Positions 12,001 to 27,000 of a stretch of 64,000 bases of DNA are shown piece by piece. Each line of letters opens with the position of its first letter. Positions within the stretch are counted from its first letter, which is position 1. The notes beneath the pieces were generated by a model that did not search any database, had not been told where the DNA came from, and worked only from the letters and a program-made list of their open reading frames with translations. The position numbers and the translations under genes are program-made. This DNA comes from Botryllus schlosseri (lineage: Eukaryota): assembly GCA_051294905.1 (NCBI GenBank), contig CM119381.1:21514001-21578000 (forward strand). Direction: 5' to 3'.

Positions 12001-15000
12001 TTCGTGAATTAGCATAAATTATAGAGTATTTTTGAAAATTTATGCAATATTTTCCAAAATTTTTCGCGCTAGCCGCGATTTAAAGTTGCCAAATATCTTG
12101 ATTATGTGGTACTCTTCCCCCAAGAAAAAACACGCAAGATTTATAGAAATGGACATATCGGCGTTGGCCATTAACACGCCACTACGCACCAAGATATATA
12201 ACGATTTAGGACTTATTCCATGCGACTCCAAGAGGTGTGCCAGAACGATCGGCAGCGCGAAAAGCTTGGCCGAAACGGACTGCCCTTAGGCAGACCGAAA
12301 ACTTCGTTATATATGCAAAATAATAGGTTTAATTGTCCATAGGCGCCTAAATGACTGGCGCCATATGTTCCTGCCTTGGCAATCTGAACCTCATAAGACA
12401 AATACCATCCAGCAGGAAAAATATATGCCAGTGAAGAAATACCAATTTGAAATCGTGTGCGTCTTTTAGTTTAGTACGTTTGAGCGATTTTATATTTTTG
12501 ATATAGCAGACAGGAGGTCACGAAATAAAATCATGTAACGAAGTCATACCAACGGGTCCGCCCGCCCGAAGATGTTTAATTATTATTTACGGGCCCTACA
12601 GTTTCCGGTAGATCTGATAACGTGAGCAGAGAGGACAAGATATTGATAGCAATATTTATGCAATTCCCGATCTTATTGACCGATTATATAATGAATTATC
12701 GAAAATTTTCGCGCTTCGAGCTGGCTCACTAAACAGTGCAGCTAATTTCGTGGCAAAAGCGAACACTGTGATGAGCGGGTCGGTTTATCACCCTATGAGA
12801 ACCCAAAACCAAATTACCCTATGGGGGGCCAAGGCCAACGTTTTGGGGGGGGGCTGACGAAGTGCTGTTACGGCCCTGACGATACCAACAATCACACAAC
12901 AGGTCAGGCTCTCAAATCCGGCGGCAGTACAATCACATTCATATAATTGATTCATCGTCATCCTCGGCCCTCCCTATGATTGGCCCACACACGACTCATG
13001 ATAAATCTGCATCAAAAATCTGCGTATGAAGTAGCACATGCCGCGTATGTTCTAACTTGGTTTAAAAGTTGTCGTATCCAGTCATATCTTTTGCTGTGAT
13101 TACTGAGTCCGATCTAACACATTACAAGCTCTTGTCTATAGCTTATTCAGATGATGCTTCATCCTCACTCAACGAGCTCGAAACGGACGCGAGATGGACG
13201 AATAGAATAAGTTACACGATTAGTAAAATGGTGTTTTAGATGCATCACTGATACCGGATCCAGTGACTACATATATCGACGGAGATTCCGGTCAAATTAC
13301 TTCTCCCGACTACCCCAACGAATACGGCGATTTTCTGGAATATACTTGGATCGTTAACGGGTCGTCTGGAAAGGTATATTTGTTCTATTACATTTGCAAT
13401 CAAAAGCTGGCTGAATGATGATATCCGGACTTACAAGAAATGCGAATTTCAGACCGACAATTATGACATACATATTTATTCCGTAATACAGAGTATGTTG
13501 GTGGAATTTGACCCCCTTATCGACATGCAAGAAAATGCGGGGTGTTCGAACGACTACCTCACTATCTCCGAAGGCTCGTTACCACCGAGCTCAACGGTAA
13601 TGCAGCATGCTTGATTGGCTGACTGTTGGCGAGTTGAATAGTTATTTCCTATTAGGATTATCAAGTCGTCATTTGCGCGTATACTGAACCAAAGATATTT
13701 TTCTCTGGCGTCATCTACATCGTATTTAAAACGGACTCGTCTATCGGTGGTGCTGGATTTTCTCTGAACTTCTCTGTGGTCGGTAAGACGAGTTTTTCAA
13801 TTTTGAGATTGATGCCCCTTTAAAACTCTTTCCAAAAGAGATGTCGCCCTGATATCCTGCAGCAAAGTGGATATCCCGCAGTGCCTACCTATAGTACCTA
13901 CTATGTAACCGGCGATATGTGCTCCATTTCCGTGATGCTGAACAACACAATCTGATATTATTATATAAACTACATGCTAGGCCAGAGGTGTAAAACACAA
14001 CTTGGGTCGCCGGCCAGATTCCAACCTTTTGAACACTCGCGGGCCGGACCAGTGAGATGATTCCATATCACCTCTTTTGCTTTACACTCCAACCTTTGTT
14101 TTACACTAAAATACTTTATCATCAAGCCTACATTCGTAATGGTGTATTGCATTATATTACGCAATATAGCCGTGGTCGGGAACCTTTTTCGTCCGAAGAG
14201 CCATATTGACCGTATATTTTCCCTTTTACCTCCCAAAGAGCCATACATGTCCAACAACTACTACGTCACAATTGAAAAATCGTGACGTCATGGTAGCGCA
14301 AAGTCGACATCAATAGATGGGATTCGCCGTTTACACCGTATTTTCTCAGTAAAACTCGTACTAACCATGCTGGCTTCCTTGTTTGAATAATGAGTATGCA
14401 AAACTTGAGCCACATAGATTTTTTACAAGAAATATATTTTGAATTGTATTGCACTCAGAGGCATATGATATTTTTCGGAGCTCAAGACGCATAACATTTA
14501 GATTTCCAACAGACGTAGACAACAATAAGTGTATCAATCTACTTTTAACATGCCTTTTACAGTTAATGCGTCTTTTGGTGTTGCATGGTATTCCTGACGA
14601 CTTTTCAGTATGGTTGATAAATCGTTAAGGCTAAGCCTCATACTAAATTTAATACATTCGTCAGCTATACGAGATCGCGAGAATGTCTTGTAAGTACCCA
14701 TGATGGCATGCGTATGTGGAGCCAAATATGATCACTATACATTAGTATACATACCGGCACCCATTTGTGATGTGTCAGTTACATGGGGTTAGGGGAGGCA
14801 AGTGGGGCAGTGCCTCACATGTCTACAAGATTTTGAACATTTTTACTACCAAAATCACGTAACTTGCATCCTATTTATTGTTAGAAAATAACGTTCGAAA
14901 CAGAGGCTAAGGCATTGTGATAGCGCAATTCATCGTAATAACTGATATTATTCGAATGTAATTGTCACACTGATTCCGATTCGGCTTCTCAATTCTCAAA

Positions 15001-18000
15001 GTATTCTGCGGTAATATTTGCGCAGCACGCCTACATTTTAACAGCGACTACAAAGCTACGTTATCAAAAAAGTGGATAGCTATGGCGTTGTTAGTAATTT
15101 GAATTTGTAATTGTGAATGTCACTTCCACGGCAGTTTATTTCTTGCCGGAGATCAGGAGGACAATGTATATTTGAAAACTGCATTGTGATACAGGCGCCG
15201 CTATGTCTCCTAGTCTCTTTAATCAATGAATGCATCGTGCAATTCAAGATTTCGTACCGAGTACATCGCATTTACGAGTGATATTGCTCGCCGACAGCAA
15301 CTTAAATTTGAGGATTTTTAAAAGGGGTCCGAACCCCTAACCCTGAATATGTCACTGTATTAACCTCTCAAAGACATTGTTATACTGCCACAAGAATAAT
15401 TATACTACTCGTGCTGGAGATTTAATAACAAGTTGCTGCAATATTGATAAATTAAGCACATAAATAACAATTTCGCAAAGATCCATATCTTATGGCCAAA
15501 AGAGCCATATATGGCTCGCGAGCCATAGGTTCCCGACCACTGCAATATAGTATGGTTCCATTCTAGCAACACCTTTCTTTGCAAATAAAGGAATTGGCAA
15601 AAATACGATAATCGACCGGTTGAATGAAGTTAAAAACCGATAAAACAGTGGCTCTAACGACGATACAAGAGAAGTTAGCATATTTCTATGCTCCCTATAT
15701 GTCTTAGTCGTAATGTTGCGTTAGGCCTGCGTATGCGCTGTTTGGAACACAATCATTTTAACTGTAGCCGCAGACGTTGGAGTTTGGTTCATCGTTGTTA
15801 AATCACCCTTCGAGTTTCTCTGGAGGCTGGGGATCTGTTGAGTCAGAAGTGGTAGAGCAGTGCGACCGCAGAGATATGTATTATATTTATGTAGTTATCA
15901 TATCAGCCGTGTATAGTCTACATAAAACGGTTCCGCATTGGTGTTCTCGCTTCTGTGAATAACTACTGTTTGGTCCAACTTTTCCATAAAACTCTGAACT
16001 CAGTGTGCACTTCTCGGAATTTAGTGTCAATATCAAACACTTGTTTCTATAATACAGACTAGACTTGAGTGAGACCGCAACACTGCTGTCGGATGGGTGT
16101 AATGTGGCCTAGGCATGGTGTGAACGCGAGGTTCACGTTCGCATTCTGTGTGTGAGCCTCAGAAATTTGGAGGTTCGCGTTCGCAAACGAGCCTCTGTAG
16201 GCTCTGCACTATGAACCTTTTTCATATATTCTACTTTTACACGTCATTATAACAACTTTGGCTGAAATTCTTTCCAATTCAACATCGGACCACTCTCTTC
16301 ATGGCTCTGACAGCATGAAAAAACACTCAGCAGTAAGCGAGCATGTACCGTGTCAATTCTAAAAATTCATATGCTTTGTTAGTAAAGTTTGCGTTTGCGA
16401 ATATTTAGCGATTCTCTGCTGTGAGCTGCTGTGAGGATCTTTCTTGATTTGATTTAATACGTTCATCGCATCATAAAAACCAAATCCGTCTGATTGGGGT
16501 GTTGGCTATGGTATAGCTTGTTTTCGAGGTAATACTCTGTAGCAAGTGTAGAAACCGTTTTTTTACTCTGATCGATATCAATGTAGCATTAGTCTGAATT
16601 ACTGGTCTAGCCTAGACCTTTAAAGCGTAAGCTAATATTCCTTTGCAAGTCCTTATCGAAAATGTTGTCGAAGCGACGGAAGATACTGATTTTATGGAAT
16701 CGCTATATTGGCTTGAGATTAGCAATATGATGTAACGTGACGCCATATGATCACGTTCGCGATCACATAGAACCTTTCAAAAAGGTTCGCGTTCGCACGA
16801 ACCAGAACCTTTGTGGGGTTTGCATCATCCCTAATGTGGCCTATGCACAGGTTCTACATTTGCTGTCTTTATTTCTTCCTAAAAACTCAACATTTGGATG
16901 AAACCGTCTTTGGCGGGCCGGATGCGGCTTGCGGGCCGTATGTCTTACACCCCAGTGCAATACAGATATATATCATTGCCTAGGCCTACATCCATCCTAG
17001 ACGGCGTATGTCGTAATAGCGAAGGATTTAAACAGAGAGGTTATGGTTAGTTTGGGTTTGGCTTAGGGGTAAGATTAACAATGGATTGGGGTTGAGGTTA
17101 GCTTGTGCTACGAATAGCTGGGGGTGACTCTCACTGTTTTAATACGGGGTATTTTAAATACTTCGCTATTAAGACACTCTCCATATTGAAAGCCTTGTTA
17201 TTATGACGTTCGATGTTTTGACACTCGCTGTATAAAAAGAACGATTGAATACAGCAAATCGTTTGTGTAGCATAGATTTATGTAATTCCAATTAGGAAAT
17301 TTGCTGCATTTAGCATGGTGTGTTTTATATGCCTGTGAAATATATGTTAATATTCCATTTATATAATCTACTAACATGTAAAGCTGGCCTTTAATACGTA
17401 ATAAGTAGGTATGAATGTGACTGTGAAAAATACGATTTTGACGATAAAGGATTTTCAACCACGATTCACATTGTATATACCTATTGATTTTGTGCGTATC
17501 GGACACGAATCCAAAGCAGTATAGAACCAAGCCGTTGATAAGTAACATACTGTGAGGCTGTTATTCATTTCTTCGCGCATTACGTACGCGTAATATAGGT
17601 TAAAATTCAAGAACACATTCAATACGTGTTTTTCTATTGTTTCAAGTTCATGAATAGCGCAACGTTATTAATCTTCCGCGAATTCTGCGCTGAACCTGAA
17701 ATATTTCCCACAACCACGAGACCGATACCTCAAAATTTATGAGATCTGGTGTTGCAAAAAAACTATAGACAGTACCAAGTGACACTACGATTAATCATAT
17801 GTTATAAATAGCCGTGAAACATTACACTGTGCCTGACCACACTTTCGTAATTTGGACACCGGCATTTGAAATTACACAAACATTGTTGCGGGTACTCCTT
17901 TAGAAATTCTTGCACGTATTCTAACCCTTATTCAAACTCTTCCCTTTGTTATAGCATTGGAAATGGGCAATGAGCAATTGAGCATGCTTTCAACTAGGGA

Positions 18001-21000
18001 TGGTGTGAACCTCTGAAAGGTTCAGGTTCGTGTGAACGCGAACCTTTTTGAAAGGTTCTGTGTGAACGCGAACGTGAACCTCATGACGTCACGTGACGTC
18101 ATATTGCTAATTCCAACCCTAACTTTCAGTGAAGTGATAGCCTATATTAATGTGCACGATACCTAGGGACGCCGCGCGCCACGTAATGCCACTATGCTGA
18201 AGTGCATATTGACGTTTTAAACGTCGCCAAATGTATTAACTGGAGTAATCAACTGATATAATAGTCCCATAAAGTCAACATCTTTCGTCCCTGTGCCTAC
18301 AATTTCAACAAGGAGTTGCAAGGGAATGTAAGCTTACGCGGTAACGGTCTAGGTCACTCTGGACAATGTATTCGAAGTCTGAGTATTGCGACGTTGATAT
18401 TGAGCAGAGTGTAAAACGGAGGGTTTCTATACTTGCTGCCGATATCACCCCATTAAAAAGTTGGAGCTGTAGCCAACACGCCAATTGCACGGATTTTGTT
18501 TATATGATACAATAAACATATGAAGTCAACATTGACCCCGTACACCTATTAGATTTTTTACATCAGACAACGATATCAATTCCGTTGATTGATTGAAAAA
18601 GCATCATTCGTTGACTACAGCTGATTACTACTGATTTTTTATGCTGCCAGGGCCATGCATAGAGTGGCCAGCAGATGAAATGCCATAAATTTCAATCAAA
18701 GGCGTTATAATGACGTGAAAATTGTAATATAAGAAAAAGGTTCACAGTGCAGAACCTTCCAAGGTTCGTTTGTGAACGTGAACCTCTAAATATCCGAGGT
18801 TCACACACAGAACGCGAACGTGAACCTCACGTTCACACCATCCCTACTTTCAACTTCAATATATTCTCGAACCATAGAAGTCCTGAAACACGCTTACTTT
18901 TCATGACGCTGTGATCTTATTTTTGTTGCTGTAGATGCACCTACTTGCGACGGTGTAACCCAACAAAACGGCTCCTTCGGACATATTTCCACACCGTTAT
19001 ACCCGAATAAATACGCCCAAAATATGGACTGTGAATGGCAAGTGGAGACCGCGGAAAATACGGTAAATTAGAATACAGTAACGCAGATGTAAAGATGACC
19101 AACAATGACCAACCTTTTTATATATATAATTGTACCGTGAACACTGTTTTATTCAGGTGATCGCAGTGCGCTTTAACACAAACTTCTCGATTTTGTCATC
19201 CGGTTGCTTAAGTGAATATCTCCAAGTATTTGACGGCCCGAACTCGTCTTTCGTACAAGTGAGTATGGAGACTAATTTAAACCCGCAAAAGACCGAGAAC
19301 ACACAATGGGTCCTGTTGCATGATTGTAAACTCCTCAGACGGAGCGAATCGGAGATGTCTCTGGCTCATAGGTGACATTGCCTATACTTCTGCGTTTTGC
19401 TGGAGACATCGTAACGACAGACGCGTATCGGACGTTAGCTGATTTTGCATTTTTCCCAATCAAAATCTGAATTATAGCCCCATCATTGGCTCCTAGTCCA
19501 TTGGCAATGTAAATACAGTCCAGTATAGTCGCTCGAATCTCATACGAAGCTATACCATGATGTACGAATTCAGATTCGGTTTGCGAAGTTCCTAAATTCG
19601 AAATATGATCGATCAGAATCCTGTCGAATTCGTCACATCAAAGTTCATGATCTCTAGGAATTGACCATTGTCCGGCGCCTGAATACGGCAGGTTGATTCC
19701 AAGACCCAAATCCGCTCCCAAACCGAGAGGTGATATGGGGACCGGATGTGATTCCGAAAATCGCGTTGAAATTTAATATCGGTAATTAATACATTAATAG
19801 AATAAAGCCTGGAGTGCTGCAACCATGCACGATTCCCGCCTCCAGGTAAGCGGAGCGTAATAACTTAGGAATAGTCCGCAATCACATCCCCTGTTTGAAG
19901 TCGCTAATATATGGCGCTGTCCTATTTTACGGCCTTATACATCAGCTCGCTTTGATGAATGCAAGACAACAGATAAGTACTCAGTAAGTAGTAACACACG
20001 GTCAAACACGTCATTTTATCCAGTTCCAACATAACTTTTGTGGCGACCGAGCGCCGCGATCATTCGTCACAACTGGAAATCACCTCTATGTACGCTTCGT
20101 GAGTGCTGACATTGACGATAATAATTTCGGGTTCTCGATAAAATGGGAGGCTGAAGGTACAAGGTGATACGGCATGAATACAAATACACACGCATCAGAT
20201 ACATTTTCGTTCTAGTGAAGTGCGACGCCAACCAGTTCACGTGCTGGGACGGTACTTGCATCTCGGATTCTTTGAAATGTGACGGCCAGGTAGACTGTCC
20301 GAAGGATGTTGCAGACGAAGCCTCTTGTACGTACATTTGCGTTTTGATCTGTGCATAGAAAAGTGAATAAAGACTATATAGTTTGATAACTGATATTATA
20401 GGACTACCAGTAGGCAGACGTGGAATTCAACTAAAACTCTATGACGAGCTGCCAACTATTCAACTATTTTTCGATGGCAGTTTATTACAGTTTCTTCTTT
20501 TTAACATGTAGAGCTATTTGCGCCCCCCATTCATTTTAGACCTTATTAAAAAACCTATCCAGCGCTGTTAGTGAGTTGGAGGGAATACGTTGGTTGTATT
20601 CCGCAATGTGAAATGGTATTTTATGATCGGTATAAAACTAGGGTTACATTACGTCCTCGATTGGGAGGATTTGTCCTCCTTTTTGAAGAAATGTCCTCCC
20701 TTCGCCCAAATGTCCCCTTCTTGACAATTTGTCTTCCTTTTTAGCCTAAATGTCCCCCAAAAGACCACGAAAGACGTTAAATTTTGGGCTAAAAGATAGA
20801 CGAAGGATTACGCGAGAGTAAAATCTGAAAAATGACCTTTTTCTAAGTCAAAACTGATAATATGAGATGAAAGCGGGTATTTCGGGAGTGAAATAGGCAA
20901 AATGACCCTTTTTGAGTCAACACCAGATAAGTGTTTATGATTTGATAAAACTATCCTCCTTCCCAGATTCCAAAATATGGCATCCCTATGTAAAACCTAT

Positions 21001-24000
21001 ACTGTACTGCTGGAATGTAAGAATACTTCGTGAACTCTCAAAGTAAATGTTTTGTTCTGTGACTAAAATCCACCGCGATTTGAGGTTAAAATGTTATGCA
21101 ATGGCGAGAGGTACGAATGGAACTTTCATAGTTCCTGTTCCATGACAATATTTCGACCATTTTTCTTTCTCCACTCATTCGGAACTTGATTGAAATATCC
21201 GAATGCGTGCACTAGGGTTGTTGAATAATAACCTTTTTACCGGATTCCAGGGATTCACTGATTATATTGCTATACGTTGCCTAAAAAAAACGCTGCACAC
21301 CTAATTTGACTCGATACCAACCAGTTAGCCAACGCAGAGCCAATTGAAATTTTTCGAATTAACATAAAAAATAAAGTTGCCTAAAAACATGATGCATAAT
21401 AAGATTGGCTCAATTCCAACCGGTAGAAGCGAAATTATTGCAGTTGAAAGTTGTAAATTTGCAAAAATAACATTGACGGTGGGGAATTCCCAGAAGTATT
21501 ATTGAAAAGGTCAAACATCTTCGCTTCTAAGAGTTGGAATTGCATCAAATTTGTTTTGCATCGTTATCGTGGACAACTCAACAATTTCATGAGTTTTTAT
21601 TTGTTATTTTTTATGTATTTATTTCGGTAGGAATTGAGCAAAGTTTGGTGTACAGCGTTTATTGGCAATTTATTAAGTGAATCCCCGGGTTCCAGAGATG
21701 CAAACATCCAGATTCAAGATTGACACTTTGTTATAACGTACAAGTCTGCAATCATATGTAGCAGGAGCAGATCATCATATTTTAACGAAATGCCGTTACA
21801 ATAATTGCGTTTAGGTCCTATCGCGGATTCGGAGCAATGCGGCGTGTCGGAAATCCCACCAGAGTACAAATGGGTAAGATGTTTCGATTTCAGCCGTTTT
21901 TTATAGGTCAAGTCCATGCATATACATGTCACAGTATAAAATTTATCGCAAGCATACAAAGACGTGACCCCTGCCACTATCCAAATATTGTAATTTAATA
22001 ATAGCGGAATGTTCGCGTCACTCTCTGAGCATTAACAGCTACGTGAACTCGTCTGTCTGCACGGAGGTCACAGGCCCGTAACTTCGTGATAGCCACTGTA
22101 TTGTGTATGTTCCAGTCACGGGATATGTTTAACTCAGTCGTACCACGATTCGCTTACCCTACACGTGAAAGAATTTTCTGCTGTCAGCTGGGTGATACAG
22201 TTGAGATATCACTCACGATGACATTGCCGATTTACAATAAGAAAAAATGCGGCGAAAGGGCTGTATCTATATGTATTCTGTTTTGAAATAGCATTACCGA
22301 GTACAATTATATATTATCTGGACACCCGTAAAGCACTGAAGCGGATCTAGAGTTTTATGCCTAACAAAATCGAAACATTGAAGTAAAATAATATACATTT
22401 TACGCATGCGTCAGATAGGTAATTGCGATTTCGTTACGACCGGATATGCCATATAATTTACTATACCCGAGGATTATGCCATGCATGTTGGGACCCTAGG
22501 TGATTTATGTGATATTCGATATGTCAACGAGTGAAACTATTCGTACACTGCAAGCGCAAAAAGGGGGCTCTCGAAGAAACCCAAAAATTACTTAGTAAAT
22601 AAACATAAATTATTGAGTATATTTTGGTAGACTTATTAAACGCGCGTAAAATGGCAATGGAAACCGACACACTCTACTATAACTGGACATTTACACCACT
22701 CCTGCGTATTTGCATTATAGAATTGTACTGACCCTCATCTTGCCTGAAGCAATGTCTACATGGTTTTGAGTAGTTCTACGTATAGTTTTGCTATTGGTAA
22801 CTAGGGTTGCATTTTAAACAAATGGTGTGTTAAAACACTTTAATTAAAACAGTGTTTCAGAAAAATGTCTCTAAAAGATTTGAGTAAATACTTTCGAAAT
22901 AATATGTAGTATAAGCTTACGGACGATCTGCACCCGATGTAGTCGACTTGTATACGATTGGAATGGTTAGAAACCTCGGGATCGTCGTCGATTAAACAGT
23001 TATATCTCGTAGATATATATCATTGGTACGGAATGGGTGTTCTGATGATGATGACCGTCGACCGTAAACATGCTGCATAGCGATGTAGTCCTGGTTAAAG
23101 ATATTTTTGGACTGTTTATGACAGGGGTCGGAAGCGTCAAAGAAACTATATATTTAACGCATATTTTCAGTTGTCAAGGTCAATACGCTGTGGCGACAGA
23201 ATGATGCGCGACTTCATGGTTAACAAAAAAATAATAAAGAATCAATAGAAAACATGTTTTAAACAAGGGCCGTGTTTAAATATATTTGTTTTAAATTCAT
23301 TTTTGCTTTAAATGCAACTCTAGTGGTAACTGCTGATAATAGAGTGTTAAATAATAATTAGGACATCACCTTAGTTCTGATGCCTTTTCCAGCATATGGA
23401 ACTAGAGTGAAATCACGATACTTTATTATTATCTAGCAATTACTACATTAAAAACTATTTAATATTCAGCCATTAGGCCTACTCACCAATCGCAAGTGAC
23501 ATCGCGCATACTTGTCAGAGCCGATTATATAAATTTGCTTTCGAGTCAGGAAATCCGATATTGCGACTGAGTATTAAGTATCCTCGACCTGTTTCGAATG
23601 GGTCTCAACAGGCAGCACCCCCGCGTTCATATTTGCCGAACTCTCTTTCTACAACGCAAAACCGCGCAACACTGGATTACTCGTTGGGAGAGACAATTCA
23701 CTCTGCTTCATTGACCTTCATTCTTTTAGCATTCGCGTATCGTTGGCGGGTATGACGCCGTGAAAGGATCCTGGCCATGGCAGGGACGTTTTGGCGTACT
23801 ATATCGGGGACGAGAGAGCAATATTTGTGGAGCTGTATTGATTTATGACCAATGGGTGTTAACAGCAGCACATTGTATATTGACTGGGTGAGCGTGATCT
23901 ATGTTTTGTGGTTCTTGGTCTGACCGCTGTCTAAAATTTAAATATTCGGTTTGCTACTTAAAGTGATATGGATCGCAGTGCCACAACTATCAATAATGCC

Positions 24001-27000
24001 GCGTCATTGAATCGTATTAGGGAATCCTCTGGAATATTGTGAGACAGATATCCCTATTTACGCAAGGCGTCTAACATGTACTTGGCCGCCCGTTTAGCAT
24101 TTCCGGTGTTATATCGCCCAGACCCTGCATGGTAAACTTGCATGTCATAGAACAGTGGTGGGAAAACTACCGCACGTGGGCCGCGTGCGGCCCGCGACAC
24201 CGTTTTGTGCGGCCCGCGAAAGGCTCAAGAATCGCATTTAAAATATTGCAAAAATGCACAGTAAAAATCTAATTTCTGCAGGGACTCGATTAAACTTTTT
24301 CGCAATATATTTCACCATGATAATTATAATCAATGGTTTGTTTTAAATAAAAATATATATAATTTCATCACTTCGGATTTTTTGTGCGCAACTTGGATTT
24401 TCTGTGCGCAGAGACCGTTTCAGCACAGCGCATTTGCGCACGTGCGCAGCTTAGAGAGAACATTGCTTGAGAGTAGAGCAAACACGGGTTTTCGTTACCT
24501 TTACCGCACCATATGTATGCCGCGGCCAGTCTTATCGGTATATTAAACGTACCGAGGTGTTATATATTTTACACATTCAAGAATTAAAATTTACTCGTGT
24601 TTACTTTAGACTCACACGCCGGGGATCGCATGAATAGTCAAACTGGATTGTTTATGTAGTAATGTTGGTATTAATACTAATCGCGGGTTCGTGATACGAA
24701 AACAATGTATTAAACTGAATTCGACAGACACCTTTCGAATATTCGATAAAGATCAGCTCATAATTTTCTCGATTATACAATCAAGAAAATGACTTAATGC
24801 GGTGCCTTGGTTCCCAATCTCTTTCGTCTCATTGAGCCCTTCAGATGTCAGATATTCTTATTCGGTAAAATTTTCCTCAAGAAAATAGCACCCTCTACCC
24901 GGGTCTCGTAAATGGTCATTTTCCCGTGCATGCACCTGTTGTCCGAATGATAAGGCGACCGACGCCACTTTTAAGCTCTACAACACAGACGGCTAGACTA
25001 TTTATACAAGATTGTTAATTCAAATAATACGGTGTGGATCAGAGACGTAACTGCAACACTCCAAACCACTGTGTGTTGGGACTCTCGAAGCAATCCCAAA
25101 ATTATTTAGTAAATAAACATAAATTAGCGCGATTTAATGCCCCTGCGTGTCTTGAATTTAATATGGGTACCCCCAAGAATTCCAATTTAATTTATTAAAA
25201 ATAGGGATTTCGGCGCCGGCCACCATAGCGTCACGACACACCAACACATGCGTAGTTTCGAGCAAAATGAGAGTCCATGAAGTGTGCTGCCAGAACATCG
25301 GCAGCGAGAAAATTTTGTCTAAAAATGACCGACACGTGTAGGACAGGTGTAGGCCATCTATAGATGTATCATATGTCCACTTGTCCATTGTTGATATAGC
25401 CGCCTACATGACCGGTGCCAAATAGTCCTGTCATGGCAATGTAAGAAAATGATGCACCCCGTGACGAAATGTAAAGTTGAATCGCTTGCGTTTCATGAAA
25501 GTGGTTTTTGTTTTAATTTAGTCTGGTACATGTGAGCGATTCAGGAGCCGGGAGATAAAACAACAACGACATAAAACAGAGTAATTGATAACGGCGGTAT
25601 CCGTAGATGTATAATTAATTGGTTTTTCACCATTACCGTGAGCTAAACTTGGGATGACACCACCTCTCTCAGACCTACCGCTGCATCTGATCTCGTGGGC
25701 TGAAAGGGGATATAACATATATATGCTATTACTATGCTATTATTATAGACGAAATTCGACGACTAGAGGGGGAGGGCGGCGCGCTGTTTCACTCCGGGTG
25801 TGGTTGGTTTGACTTTTGCGTGTTCAAGCTGTATGTTTGTCAATTCGACAAACACCTGTTGAATCACCAAGTTCATTATATATAAGAGAAACCGAATTCG
25901 AATAGCCGAGAATACATCCGATATCATCATTTTTTATGCAGTATTGAGCAGTATTACATCAAGTTCGGCGCCTATGACTTCACTGACGTCGACGAGGAAG
26001 ATGAACAGAAGGTGTTGGTTCAGCGAGTTTTCGTTCATCCTAAATACGAGTGAGTCATTGAGACAACAATTCGACACCGTGCCAGCACAGTAAAGTAGCC
26101 TACTATTATGCTTTACCTTACCTTGTTAATTCGCAAAGTCGAACCCAGTTAACCAGAGAATTCTGCTTTTCGTAGCTGGATCGACAATATTGGTTTCACC
26201 TACGGTTACGATATCGCTGTGCTTTACTTGGAGACTCCGGTGAATTTCACAAAATGGGTGAAGCCGATTTGCCTACCCAAGTACGAAGTTATGGATGGTG
26301 ACACGATCGTGATGACCGGATGGGGAAGAACTCGTGAGATTGCCCAAATATCGAAACTAGTGTATTCAGTTATTCTGGTCGATGACGAATTTAATGCGCC
26401 GAGAGGCGGTCACGGATTAATCACGTACGGGCGCGCAACTTCTCCGGTCGGCGGGCCGGATATGATAAAATGAAGTAGGCCCTACTTAGCGGGTCGGATT
26501 ACACAATCGCGTATTTATCCACCTACACAAGGTATAAATCGTATTTAATATAAACTTAAAGTTTAAAACACAGATACCAAAAACAGTATTTAAGGAATTT
26601 ATTAACGGTAGCTGTTGAAGTCAATCAGACATCTGTGGTCGGGCAGAGTTGTCAACAAGTCCTTTGAACTCTGGCTTCATGTCGTATGTAGAAACCCTTA
26701 GTAAAGTCTGCACGTGAACATCAGTTATATTGGAACGCAGCATTGTCTCGTTAATGTGCATGGTCTAAAATATATGTACAATCGAACACACAGCAAGTAG
26801 TTTCATTTCCCTCTTTCTCAGGTTGGCAGACTCGGATTCATCCTGTAACGCATAAAATTTGTCAATAATTTCAGAATATAATTTCACTTTCAGGGTAGAA
26901 ACTTTCTGCGGACCGGACAAAACCCCTTCGCGGGCTGGATCCGACCCGCGGCAGTATGTTGCCCGTCCCTGAGCTACATCTAAATTCCTGTTACCTGTAG

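Noticed and set aside
13151-13211. Possible extra exon ([15 protein letters not shown]...) just before CUB2
   Set aside because: It would need a ~29-nt intron with a weak donor, while the smallest supported introns here are 58-63 nt.
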